Shown one piece after another: positions 26,832-38,804 of a stretch of 64,000 nt of DNA. The notes below the pieces were generated by a model, which was not told the DNA's origin, did no database searches, and worked only from the letters and a program-made list of their open reading frames with translations. The stretch's first letter is position 1, and each line of letters opens with the position of its first letter. Origin of the DNA: Lama glama (taxonomy: Eukaryota); contig CM052832.1 of NCBI GenBank assembly GCA_028534125.1, positions 18,912,001-18,976,000 of the forward strand, written 5' to 3'. Position numbers and translations under genes: made by a program.

Positions 26832-28594
26832 TCCATACTTCAGCACTGGCAGTGAATTAGGTGCTTATCTAAAATTTCCAGGCTATACTGGGTGGAGCCC
26901 GGAAAGTGACACGAAACTTGGCAGATGTTGAAGACAACTGAAATTTCCATTGGCTGACGGAGTTCATACTTACCTGCTGTGCTCTCGTAGTTGCTTTTAG
27001 AATGTTTTCTGGCTCCAAAGAAATCAAATCCAATTTGTTACCAAGCAAATTGACATTTCCAGGCTGCAGCCATTCTAGAAATTCTAAACATCATTTAAAA
27101 GAAGATTTCAATCTCACTGTGTTTCTACTTTCTCGAAGGAGCTGTTGGGCCCCTTTCTACCTGGCATGGAACAAAGGTACAGTTTAATGTTGTTTGTTTT
27201 TTTTTTCCTATTAAATCTAGGATTGATATTTTTGGTAGTTTGTCATCACTTCTTCTGGTGAAAAGGGACAAGAGCTGGGAGCTCTTGGTGGGGGGTGGGG
27301 TGGAGTTCATGATGCTAAATAATTTTTGGAGGTATGGTACGCACTGTCTCAGGAACATCTGGTTCAGCACTCACCCAGTTATTTGGGTACTGAGTGAGCT
27401 CGCCTTCCCCAAGCCCTGCATGCCCTGACTATTCTCTCTGCCAGAGCCCCCGCTCTCCCAGCCCTGTCCACTGCATCCAGTCCCATCACTGGTGAGATCT
27501 CCTTTTCTGTAGATTTCCCCTATTTTTCCCTCTAGCTGCCAACAGATCTTGTCTTTGGAAATTTCCTTCAGCCAATCCATTACCTGCTGCTTTGGTCAGG
27601 TCTCAGAAAATTTTAAGACCAGAAGAGATGATAAAGATTCAGGGCTAGAAGAGCCTGGAGGACACAGGGATTGGAGTTGAGGGGTGCTGGACTAAAATGT
27701 ACCCTAAATTCATGGCTCAAAATTGCAGTCAATCTTACAGCTGCTAACAGTAAAATGCTGACTTCTTGAGAGCATATAGAAGTTTTTGTTGACCGGATTA
27801 GAACTTAATTGCTGTTTATAATTTGTTTCTATGGGGCAATATCAATTGCAGTTCAAATAAACCTTGAGATTATCACCTAGTCATAATGGGGGCACTATTT
27901 GTAGGATACTTAATTTTTAAAATGTCAATGTAGCATTTGGATACATACTAGTTCTTGAATAAACATGAACCCATTCTAAACATATTCTAAGGATGATGGC
28001 TTGTATAAATCCTAGGTTCATATAAAAGGTTTTGTAGGAATCATTGTTGCAGGCCTCTAATTGCCATGTTCAGTTATTTTTTCAACAAATATTAATTGGA
28101 ATCTTCACGTGTGCTAGGCTCTAAGGGTGCCATGGCAAATTCACACAGGCAGGGTTCCTTCCCTCATGTGACTGTCAGTTATTTTTAGGGAATACAGATA
28201 TTAATTAATCTCATAGTTCAAGATGAAATTAAAAGTTTGAGAAGTCACATAAAAGAAAGGTACATGGAGCTATGAGAATGTGTAATAGTAGGGTTTGACC
28301 TTCTTTGCGGAGTTAGGGAAGATTTCCCAGTGGAAATGATGATTAAACTGAGATCAAAAGGAAGAGAAGACTTAAGTCTGTGAAGAAGGCAGCAGGAAGT
28401 ATATTCTAGGTATAGGGTTGCATTTGAGGAAATGAAAGAAGGCCAGGTGTCATTAGGAGAAAGAACATAGTTCAAAACCAGCTGGAGGAATTGATGCTGG
28501 GTTCCTGTGTGTCACACCTCAGGCCATGTTAGAAATTTTGTTCTTTCTCCTAGGAGCAATGGGAAGATATGATGCACTTTTTAAAAGGTGGCAT

Positions 28595-28598
<4 letters not shown>

Positions 28599-28638
<40 letters not shown>
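28599..28638 (+). repeat. (AC)20 microsatellite
   Basis: Perfect dinucleotide run. Confidence 0.97.
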
Positions 28639-28640
<2 letters not shown>

Positions 28641-29640
28641 GGGTGCTCATACCAACTGGTGACATCAAAATCAAATTTGTACTCTAGTACGAATGTCAGC
28701 TTCCTGGTTTTGATACTGTAATACATTAACAAAATGACATACATGTCACTATGGGGAGAAGCTAGTTGAAGGGTCCAGGGGACCCGACTATTAATGCAAA
28801 CTCCTGTCAGTCTATTTTATTTTTATTCTATACTTTATTTCAAAATAAAAATTTGTAAAGAGTTGATGAGAGAGAAAGATGTGAGGTTTACAGTGAAAAG
28901 ATGTGCTGGAATAATGTCTTTTTTTTCTTTAGTTTTTTGTCCTGCCGGTGCAGCCTAACTGTTACCACCATCATTAATAGTCATGCGTACCAGAAGTACT
29001 TCTCATAAGTCTAACTCAAAACTCCCAAGGTCTTGCCACTAGAAGAAACTTTCCAGAGGCAATCTGGCAAACTTAAATTGTAGTTGAACAATTTTTTAAA
29101 AATTGGTTACCTTTCGCTCTACCAGAAATAACTGATCCAAAAATATAATGACAATTACACCAATTACAATGGAGGCAGCCAGTAGAAAATGTCTAAGAGT
29201 TAGCTGAGCATACATAGGACCATTATGAAAACGGGAATTTTCAAAACCATAATAATAATTGCGATGATCTGAATAAATGGAAATATGCCCTCTGCTTTTG
29301 CATAGGATTAAAAACAGCAAAACAGAGCTCCTTAAGTTGCTTTTTTATACTTATATGCACCATTAATTTGATTTTTCCTTTCATGGACTTGTGACCCTTG
29401 GAAACAGTTTCACATCTTTTGTCTACATAGTAATTGGATATCACAGGGAACAGAAGGTAAATTTTCTCACTTTGAAATAAGGCATTCCTTCATTCACCAG
29501 ATATTTACTGGGCACCTACCATGCAGCAGATACCATATGTCTCAGCCTTCCTGGAGTTTACATCCCTGTGTACAGAATACTGAACATCTTCCCATTTAGA
29601 ACAAAACTGAAATAATCTAATTAAGAAATTACGGATAAGG

Positions 29641-29749
29641 AGGGGAGGGTATAGCTCAGTGGTAGAGCGCATGCCTAATGTGCATGAGGTCCTGGGTTCA
29701 ATTCCCAGTACCTCCATTAAATAACATAATATTTAAAAAAAAAAAAAAA
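29641..29749 (+). mobile_element. tRNA-derived SINE
   Basis: GGGGAGGGTATAGCTCAGTGGTAGAGCGCATGCC...GGTTCAATTCCCAGTACCTCCATTAAA followed by poly(A). Confidence 0.92.
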
Positions 29750-31414
29750 CTAAAGTCAAAATTCCATGACAAGCAAAATATCAAAATTTTAAACACAGGC
29801 AGCCACACTACCATGCCACAATACCAAGTCTGAGGCAAAAGGAAAAAAGTATGTCCATATATAAATGTTTTTGTTTATTTTTTAATGGTTTTTTTCCCCA
29901 AGAACATTAAACTATTTGAAAAATATTGAAATGTTGAAGAGCAGCTATACTAAAATTCTCATCATTTTAAGTTTAAATATTTTATTTAGACCCAAACCAG
30001 AATTTCCTTAAATTTTATTTTCCTGGTTTTAATGGAATCAAATTCATGAATATAGTTTTAAAATCAACTTTTGAGGAAAACTAATGATTAAAAAATACAC
30101 AAAAGCATGTATATAGGAATGTACATTTAAAAATTTTGCCTTAGTTTCCAATATGAGCCCACTGAGAAAGTGAGAAACAAAGATATGGTTAGTTCAACCT
30201 GTTTCACACAGTGCATGCAAAGCCTTAGAATCTAACCCAGAACTTTGGCTAAGTGGTTCTTTCAATCAAGTAAAACAAAAATATTTAGAGAGGTTTTCTT
30301 TTTATATTTTTAGGCTCATTATTCTAAAAACTGTATCAGTGCTTACTTTGGCTTGGTGTCAGATATTTGTATTCATACGAACAAAGATATAAGAAATTCA
30401 TGAAGCTTAATATGGATTCCTTTCTATCAAAGACATTTAAAACATATATTTGGAAACATTTCAAGTTTACTGTGAACAGAATTATCAGGGACTTGGGATA
30501 GAAGTGACAATCTGCTTCAAAGAAATATCTCGTACTCAAGTATGGAGCTATGCCTTCTCAATTTAAAATTGGAAGATGAACTATACTTCAATCAAAAATA
30601 AATATCAACTACAATTTGATAATAAAATAAAATAAAATTGGAAGCAGCTTCCCTGTTACTGCACTTCCAAAAACAAACGCAAAAGTGTCACACATGAGCT
30701 CCAAATCAATTTTAAGTGAACACATAAAAGAATTTTGACCACTTTTGATTTGGAGTGGAATGTAGAATTAACAACAGGCACCCAGATTTTGTACCATAGA
30801 TATGCCAAACCCCTCTTGGCAAAAATTATATTCCATTATGATTCAGAGTTGCATCGTAAACAGAGTCTACTCAAAGACTGGGGTTTGAGAAATGTGATGG
30901 TTGCAGTTTTCTTGTAAAAAACAGGAAAGAGCCAATGCTTCCTTCCTGCTGGAGCTTTTTATAAATCATTCAAATTGAGTGCGGTTGGTTAATTCTTTAA
31001 GTAGCTAGCTCTTAACGACATACTACATTATAGGGAGTCTGCTATGTGGTGGGAGAGAGAAGCAGGGTTTTTAAAAGCATCTGTGTGCAAGTAAACAGGG
31101 CAGTGCATAGGTACTAGGTTATAGTGTTCTCCAGAATAATCATACACATTTATACGTTAAAAAGTGCTAGATTTATGGTAAGTAGCCTGATCAGGGTAAT
31201 CATTTTTTAATGTATAGAAATAGCAAATCACTACGTCGTGTATCAGGGACTAACATAGTGTTGTAAGTCAATTATACTTCAAAAACAAACTCAGAGAGAA
31301 AGAGATCAGATTTGTGTTTATCAGAGGCAGGTGGTGGAGAGAAGGGGAATTGAAAAGGAGAACCAGGGATTCCTGAAACTCAATATGGAATTTGGCTTCT
31401 AAAAGAGATTCTAA

Positions 31415-31706
31415 AATAAATCGGGAGTTTGAGATTTGCAGATGCTCCTCTATAGAAACTATATAGCAGATACAACTACTATCTATAAAATAAACACAAG
31501 TTTCTACTGAAGAGCACAGGGAACTATATTCAATATCTTGTAGTAACCTATAATGAAAAAGAATATGAAAAGGAATATATGTATGTATATGTATGACTGA
31601 AACATTATGCTGTACACCAAAAATTAATGCAACATTGTAAACTGATCGTATTTTGATTTAAAAAAATGTTTAATTAAAAATATAAAAAATAAGATAAAAT
31701 AAAAAA
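31415..31706 (+). mobile_element. L1 3' end immediately upstream of the CMAH ATG exon
   Basis: Near-copy of the element at 514-785; the A tail ends about 155 nt before the ATG. Confidence 0.88.
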
Positions 31707-31860
31707 GATGTAGAGGACGGAAGCAGAATCAACTGGAACTATTGAGTCACACATCCTCTTCCTCCCCCTGACTAATGCCTTGTAGGAGCAACTAAGTCAT
31801 TGGAGGGGAACGAGCAACTGTCATTCTTTTAAGATACCCAGAGAGAAGCAACGACAGACT

Positions 31861-31868
31861 ATGGGCAG
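31861..31868 (+). CDS. CMAH: CMAH first coding segment (ATG GGC AG, Met-Gly-Ser split), followed by a non-canonical GC donor
   Basis: GACTATGGGCAG|gcaagt. Joining to the exon at 32110 (C CTC GAA CAA) gives MGSLEQTTEILLCLSP, matching the MGSIEQTTEILLCLSP start of mammalian CMAH. The intron is 241 nt. Confidence 0.85.
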
Positions 31869-32109
31869 GCAAGTGAGGGGTGGCATTAGCTCTCTGGGAA
31901 AGCAGAAAAGAACCCTCCACCAGCAGGTGGTGCATTTAAAGGAGGGGAGGAAAATGCCATCAGGTAAACACCAAGCTTGGATCACTTGGAGGGAGGGGCA
32001 TAAAAAGTATTTTAATTGAAAAGAGGTTTTGAGCTGTCAATGCCAAATGATTCTCTCTTGAAACCTAACATCATCCAGCTTTCCTCTCAAAATCTTTGCC
32101 TTTTTGTAG

Positions 32110-32313
32110 CCTCGAACAAACAACTGAGATCCTGTTGTGTCTCTCGCCTGCTGAAGCTGCCGGTCTCAAGGAAGGGATCAATTTTGTTCGAAATAAGAGC
32201 ACTGGCAAAGATTACATCTTGTATAAGAAAAAGAGCCACCTGAGAGCCTGTAAGAATATGTGCAAGCACCAAGGAGGCCTGTTCATAAAAGATATCGAGG
32301 ATTTAGATGGAAG
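32110..32313 (+). CDS. CMAH: CMAH coding exon (204 nt), N-terminal half of the Rieske [2Fe-2S] domain
   Basis: tttttgtag| acceptor and GGAAG|gtacca donor. Translates LEQTTEILLCLSPAEAAGLKEGINFVRNKSTGKDYILYKKKSHLRACKNMCKHQGGLFIKDIEDLDG(R), with CxH box CKH. Confidence 0.98.
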
Positions 32314-33060
32314 GTACCAAGAGTCCTTTGCTTTCTCCCTGAGGACCCTTTATATAGTTAGATTTGAGCTCGTTGAGAAATTTTAAATGAACCAATCAGC
32401 AAATTATTCCCCCTAACAAGTGCATAAATTTTCCTTATGCTCCTTTAGGGCATCTCTCTGATCTCAGAATGTTAGGACATTTACTTAATTTTTTTCTGTC
32501 TCTCTTAAGAACTCTAATTTAAAATTTATTCCTAGCTTGATAGAAGTGAAACTTCAAAGATACGTGTGTCTGAGTGGGTGGGTGTGTTTACTGGCTTTGA
32601 TATTCAAAGACTCAGGCTTCTTTTGGTTTCCTTTCCTACTTCCCCAGAGTGGGTACTTTTCTAAACACTGCTGGAGAGCAGATAGAATTTCCCTGACAGC
32701 CTCGTTGTGATTAAAAACCAAAAATGGTAGAGCTCACCCCCACCTCCACTGTACCTGCCCTGAACAGTGGCTCTTCTGATCATTTCTTGGAAGAACTCAG
32801 TGCGAGTAGCCCCTCCTCCCAGTTCAGAAGCAGTACCAGGACAGGACTGTCAAAGAGAGAGCAGCACTGCCTGACAGAGCCACGGAGGGTTCGGGGTGGG
32901 GGATGCTTTGCCAGTCTGATGCTCAACACCAGCAACAGTCTAGAGTACTTGCACACAGACTTGCTTCACTGCATACTTAGTTTCAAGGGCCTAGCCCACA
33001 CATTATAAGGTTTTTAAATGTTAAACGCTATTGCATCTGTAGCTTGCTTGGCTCCCTAGA

Positions 33061-33178
33061 CAGGGTTGCTAGATTGGGCAAATAAAAATAGAAGGCACCC
33101 AGTTAAACTTGCATTTCAGATAAGCAACGAATATATTTTTTAGTATAGATATATTCCAGGTATTGCGTGGGGGACACC
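33061..33178 (+). mobile_element. MER53-like hAT MITE, half copy
   Basis: CAGGGTTGCTAGATTGGGCAAATAAAAATAGAAGGCACCCAGTTAAACTTGCATTTCAGATAAGCAACGAAT. Confidence 0.8.
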
Positions 33179-34727
33179 TTTAGCAGGCAACTCCACTCTC
33201 GGAGAACCTCTTGGTTATTAGCTGACAGCCCCGTTTTGAGTCCCTTCCATCTTCCCAGTGGATTCAAGTTAGGGAAGCCTCAGACGTGGGCAGTTCAGTC
33301 ACTTGTGAGCTTCTGCAGGCACTGGCGGACCTTGAAGTCTTCCAACTGCTGCAGAACTAGCACTCTGCTTTTCCTTTCTCCTTTTCTCTCCTTTGGTGCA
33401 CACTTAGCCGGCCGTTTAAGGAACTGTCACCATTTCATGATTAAGAGCGTGGTCATTCCTCTTAGACTGCCCGGTTAGAAGGCTGGCCCTACCACTTACC
33501 AGCTCCACGACCTTGGAAAAGCTTCTTAGCCTTTCTGGGCCTCCGTCCTCGCCTCTATAAAATGAAAGTAATACCTACTCTGTCCGGCTGCTGAGAGGAT
33601 TGATTTCAAACACTTGAAACAATGTCTGGTGTATGATAGTACTCAACAAATGTCAGTTACATTTACTGGTATTATTACTCTGCCATGAGATTCTTGTGTC
33701 GCTTAGGAACAGAGGTTGTTTACAGGAATTCAGATTGTTCTTGAACTTAGCTGGCCCATTTTAGCTTAGAGATTGCTTTGCCGCAGACTGGCATCATTCT
33801 CTCTTTTACCCAAAGCCTTGGAGATGATTGATCCTATTGTCACCCTGTTGTGTTGGCAGGCTAACCTGGAGATCACACGCTGAGCTCCCCTGCCCATGAG
33901 GAACCAGGTTCTCTCAGTTTTAGTCCACGATGCAGCTCACCAAACATTTATACGCTGAAATTCCATCCCCGGAGTAATTTACACGCTATCCTCCCCCATC
34001 CACCTCTCCTCCCCCAAGGACTGGTTCTCCTTGGGTTCAACATGCAGCAATTCACCCGAGGAATCTCTTTTCCCCAGAATACAGGCAAGAGTAATGACCT
34101 ACCTATTCTGATCTCCCTACCTCAGCCATTTTTCTTCTTCGTACATAATCAAGATCAGCCGCTCTCGTAAGCTGCGGTTCTCGTGTTTTACCTCTAACAG
34201 TTTTCACAACCTCTCTTGCACATGAAGCTGTCACCCCCTGCTATCTACCTGCTGCCTGTGAACAGTTAGGATCCTGCCACATTTTCCCTAAAATGACCCA
34301 GAATGCTGAATAGCTGCATTTGGAATTCTCAGATTTTGAAAGGTTGTTGGCTACTCATTGAGAAAGGAGATATTACAAAATAATCTATAAATCGAAGTGT
34401 GGAATATGTTTTTGCCTTATTACTAGAAAAGAGCATTTTAAAATTAATGATATAATGAAGCTGGAAAAAAATTGCATAGTTTACTGTTAAAATAGATGTT
34501 GTTAGTTTAAAAAAAAATCTGATGTTTCTGGTTTGACACCTATTTGTAAAAAAAAATGCTTTAACTATTAAAAATTAGACTTCACTAGAGACACTGTCAA
34601 AATAGATGAGAAATGAAACTTTCATGCCCAAGTTTCAACTACCACATCCCCCTCAACGATCTGGTGAAAAAGAAAAAAAAATTACTAAGTCTCCAATTTT
34701 GCTACAATCTGATTCTCATTCTGAAAG

Positions 34728-34896
34728 AGGGTTGCCAGAGTTAGCAAATTAAAATGCAGAACACTCAGTTAAATTTCAATTGCAGATAAGCAACAAATTT
34801 CTAGTATATGTCAAATATTGTGTGAGTAGTTTTAAATTATTTATCTATCTGAAATTCATATTTAACTGGGCATCGTGTATTTTATCTAGCAACCAT
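34728..34896. mobile_element. MER53-like palindromic hAT MITE, near full length
   Basis: GGTTGCCAGA...CAGTTAAATTT pairs with ATATTTAACTGGGC...TCTAGCAACC. Confidence 0.82.
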
Positions 34897-35234
34897 GTTC
34901 TGAAATCTTTCCTCATTTTGGCCCCTAGTTGGATCTTCTCCAGCCTGGCTTGTATATGGAGAACCCTCCCTAAAGATGGCTTTATTCTGATGGTTTTTGA
35001 TGACTTCCAACACATATTATGTTATGACATGTTGTTATCTTCACTTAAAATTACCTACTGAAGATTAGTCTGTTTTTCCTTGGATATTTGAATATTAGCT
35101 ATTAATAGTTTTCCTTTCAGGTATTTTGTGTTCAACCAATTACAGTTATTTAATTTCATCACAAAATAATGCATTTAATCCTAAAAAATGATGTTTTCAC
35201 TATTTCACAAACCTAAGTACAATTTTTCATCCAG

Positions 35235-35326
35235 GTCTGTTAGATGCACAAAGCACAACTGGAAGTTAGATGTGAGCACCATGAAGTATATCAATCCTCC
35301 AGGCAGCTTCTGTCAAGACGAACTGG
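35235..35326 (+). CDS. CMAH: CMAH 92-nt coding exon, second Rieske box
   Basis: ttcatccag| acceptor and CTGG|gtaaat donor, length exactly 92. Phase matches the previous exon. Translates (R)SVRCTKHNWKLDVSTMKYINPPGSFCQDEL, with CxxH box CTKH. Confidence 0.98.
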
Positions 35327-35514
35327 GTAAATACCATCAATGTCGATCAATGTGTTCCGCTATTACTGCTACTGGGGGGTCATTCTTGTCCACTTGTTTC
35401 TAATCTCACTTGAAGCTTTGGATACATTCTGATTTTAAACGGTGGACACTGGGTCTTTTTAAAATAATTAGCACTGAACATTCTAAGCAGGCTTTCTCCC
35501 AAAGATCTCCTCGT

Positions 35515-36210
35515 TCATTAGACTAGTCTAGCTAAAGCTTTGTAAATTTTGTTAATCTTTTCAAAGGACTAACTTTTGATTTCATTAATTTTCTCGTTTT
35601 TCTAGTCTCAAGTCCATTTATTTCAGCTCTAATGTTTTTGTTGTTGTTATTTCCTTCCTTCTACTTGCTTTCGGTTTGGTTTGCTCCTCTTTTTTTAATT
35701 CTTAAGGTGGAACGTTGGGGTTTTTATTTGAGATTGTTTTTATTTTAGGCGTGTCCAGATCTAATTTCCTGTTATGCACTGCAACTGTTTTAGCTGCGTT
35801 TCATACGTTTCAGCATGTTATGTTTTCATTTTTATTCGTCTCAAAGTATTTGCTAATTTCTCTTGTGATTTCTTTCTTAAACCATTTGTATTTAGAAGTA
35901 TGTTGTTTAATTTCTACATTTTTGTGAATTTTCCAGCTTTCTTCTCTTATTGGTGTCTAATTTCATTTCATTGTGGTCAGAGACAATGCTTTGTATGACT
36001 TTGTATACTTTGATCCTTTTAAATTTATTGAAATTTGTTTTACGGCCTAACATATGGTCTCTACCGGAGAATATTCCACATGCACTTGATAAGAATATGT
36101 ATTCTGTTGTTGGGTGGTGTGTTCTGCCTATGTTTGTCAGGTCTGGTTGGTTTACACTGTTCTTTGAGTTGTCTGTTTCCTTGTTGACCTTCTATCTGGT
36201 TGTTTCATCT
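35515..36210 (-). mobile_element. Old L1 ORF2 fragment beginning about 190 nt after the 92-nt CMAH exon
   Basis: tagtctagctaaagctttgtaaattttgttaatcttttcaaag...ttccacatgcacttgataagaatatgtattctg. Confidence 0.8.
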
Positions 36211-38519
36211 TCCAGTCATCTTTTTAGGCATACTTTTGCAAATAATTACAGTTATTCTATAGATTATTTTTATTTCATGTTGTCTTAATAATATTATTAT
36301 ATTAGTCAGATTATGTTAAATTCTGTATATACATAATTTTAAAGTATATTTTACACTAAGTATTAACTTAAATAATTTATTTAGCTATTTCTCTGTTGTT
36401 GGAATTTAGGCTGTTTGTAGTTTCTTTTTCCATCAAAGCCGAAACTGTGATCTTTGTGCTTAAGAGCTTCTCTTTGTTTGGAGTTGTTTCTGTAAGATAG
36501 TTGAATTATTAGCAGAAGGGTATGACTAACTCATGCTTTTACCCATATTTAACACCTCATACATCTTGGTAAAGATGGGCTTCACATGGGCGGGTAGCCT
36601 AACTGAAAAAGGCACGACTATAAAAATAACAGAAGAAATATAGAATCTTTTTGTGACCTGGCGACTGGTGGCACTTCTCGACTCTTCAAATAACACTTCA
36701 AAAGTACAGCTTAAAGGGCAACCTCCCCCCAACCCACACACAAATCTGGTGAATATGATTTCCTCAACACTAAAGATTTTTGCTAAATGGAGGACACCAT
36801 AGACAAAGTTAAAAGACATATGATCATTTGGATGATTATTTTGCAATGTTTACAACCAACATGGGTCTATTATCTAACATATAGGAGGAAGTAATGTAAA
36901 TTGACAAGAAAAAGATAGGAAACCCAATTATAAATAATGAAAAAAGGACATGAACTAGCATTTTAGGAAAAATCCCCAGAGATCAATAAGCACATGAAGA
37001 TACACTCAACTCATTCATTATCAGAAAACTGCAAACTAAAGCAATGAGGTGTTACTTTACATCTTTTTGACTGATAAAAAGTTAGAAACTGAGATGATGC
37101 CAAATGCGTCAGAGATATAAAGCTACAGGAATCCTCATGCATGTTGTGGGTGTGTGGCTGCTGCATCCATGCTGGAGAGTATCTTGACAGTGATTAGTCA
37201 GAGGGGGTTTATGAATACACCATGAACTGTCCATCCCACTCCTGTTTATATGCTGAAGAAATCTTGTTGTGGAACCTATGGGTCCACCACTGGGAGAGTG
37301 AGTCAGTAAAACGTGCTGGACCGTGGAATACTAAACTGCAGTTAGAGGAAGTGGTCTCGATGTACATGTGGCAACATGAATGAATCTTAAAAAACATAGT
37401 AATGAGTGAAAAAAGAGTAAGAAACAGATTGGAGACCCAAAGCTATTTATATACATTAAAGATGCACCCATACAATATTATACACATTTCGCACAAACAT
37501 TCAAATGGTAGCCTGAAGGGGAGGTGAGGGAAATCAGAGTGGGAAACGAGATAAAAACGAGATAAGTAAGTAAGTCAGTAAGTAGCTTTGCCTGGATGGA
37601 ATATAATGTATCATGAACTAAAAAGTATGATTAACACAGTCCTCTTTACTTGAGGTCCTAAATGAATGAATGAATCCATTATTTAGTTATCCATTCTTTA
37701 ATATGCATTGCACTACAATCCAGTTTTTAGAATGAACCAATTTTTGTTCCCGCCAAACTAGTATATGAGCCAGCCTTTTCTTTCATGCCTTACCAGCTCA
37801 GAGCATTCGTAGTCTTTCAGACTTTCCTCATTTGAGACAAAAATAGCACACTGTTTTCAATTGCATTTGTCTCTCGAATATGATGCTAATGTTTTACAAA
37901 TGTGTTGGCCAATTTTCTTTGGTGGTAGAAGTTTTTCATTTTACATTTGTATCCAGATTTTCTACCGGGATTGTTTCCATTGCTATTAAACTTAAAACTC
38001 TTCCCTTTGATATTCTTTTTTTTTTAATATACTTTTTAACCACTTGGTTGCTTTCCTTTAGAACATAAAAAACAGTTATTTAAATAGGATCCTCTCCTTG
38101 ACTGTCCTTATGCCAATAATCAATGATTCAATTATAGTTTTCTAATATGTTTTTGTTCCAATTCTTCTTCATTGGTCTTCCTTATAAAAAGATTTTAATG
38201 AATTCTATTTGTTTGTTCTTCTGGATAAATATTAAGTTACAACCCAAAAGACTTAGATCAAAATAAGGTCTCCACATTCTCCTGCTTTATAGATGCAGGA
38301 AGTTGGCAGAGATTATGTTTTCCTTCAGTGCATAAATGCAATTTATCTTTGTGCAAGGGTCATAAAAACCTTTATGGTATTTGCTTTGAAATAATAGTTA
38401 AGAATTATAGGCTCTTACATTTTTCTATTTCTCTTGAAAGAGAGAAAAATTCTAAAGAAGGAAAATCCTGAAGAGTGGATATCAATGCAGTTTTCTGGGA
38501 GTCTCCTATGATACCTTGT

Positions 38520-38804
38520 TTTTTTTTTTAAATTTTTATTGAAGTGTAGTTGATTTACAATGTTAGTTTCAGGTGTACAGTGATTCAGTTATACATATAC
38601 ATACATACATATTTTTTCTTTTCAGATTCTTTTCCATTATATGTTATTACAAGAAATTGAATATAGTTCCCTGTGCTATACAGTAGGTCCTTGTTGTTTA
38701 TCTATTTTATATATAACAATGTGTGAGTATTAATCCCCAACCCCTAATTTTATCCCTTTCTGTCCTTTCCCCTTTGCATTCTATGTCCATGAGTTAGTTT
38801 TTGA
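38520..38804 (-). mobile_element. L1 3' end with TSD, in a CMAH intron
   Basis: Poly(T) followed by attgaagtgtagttgatttacaatg...; ATACCTTGT at 38511 and 38805. Confidence 0.88.

Noticed and set aside
26966..26976. ATACTTACCTG matching the U1 snRNA 5' end
   Set aside because: Similarity stops after 11 nt; it is simply a donor-like motif on the other strand.
29641..29716. tRNA-like sequence with A and B boxes
   Set aside because: It is one of nine dispersed SINE copies with A tails and TSDs, not a tRNA gene.
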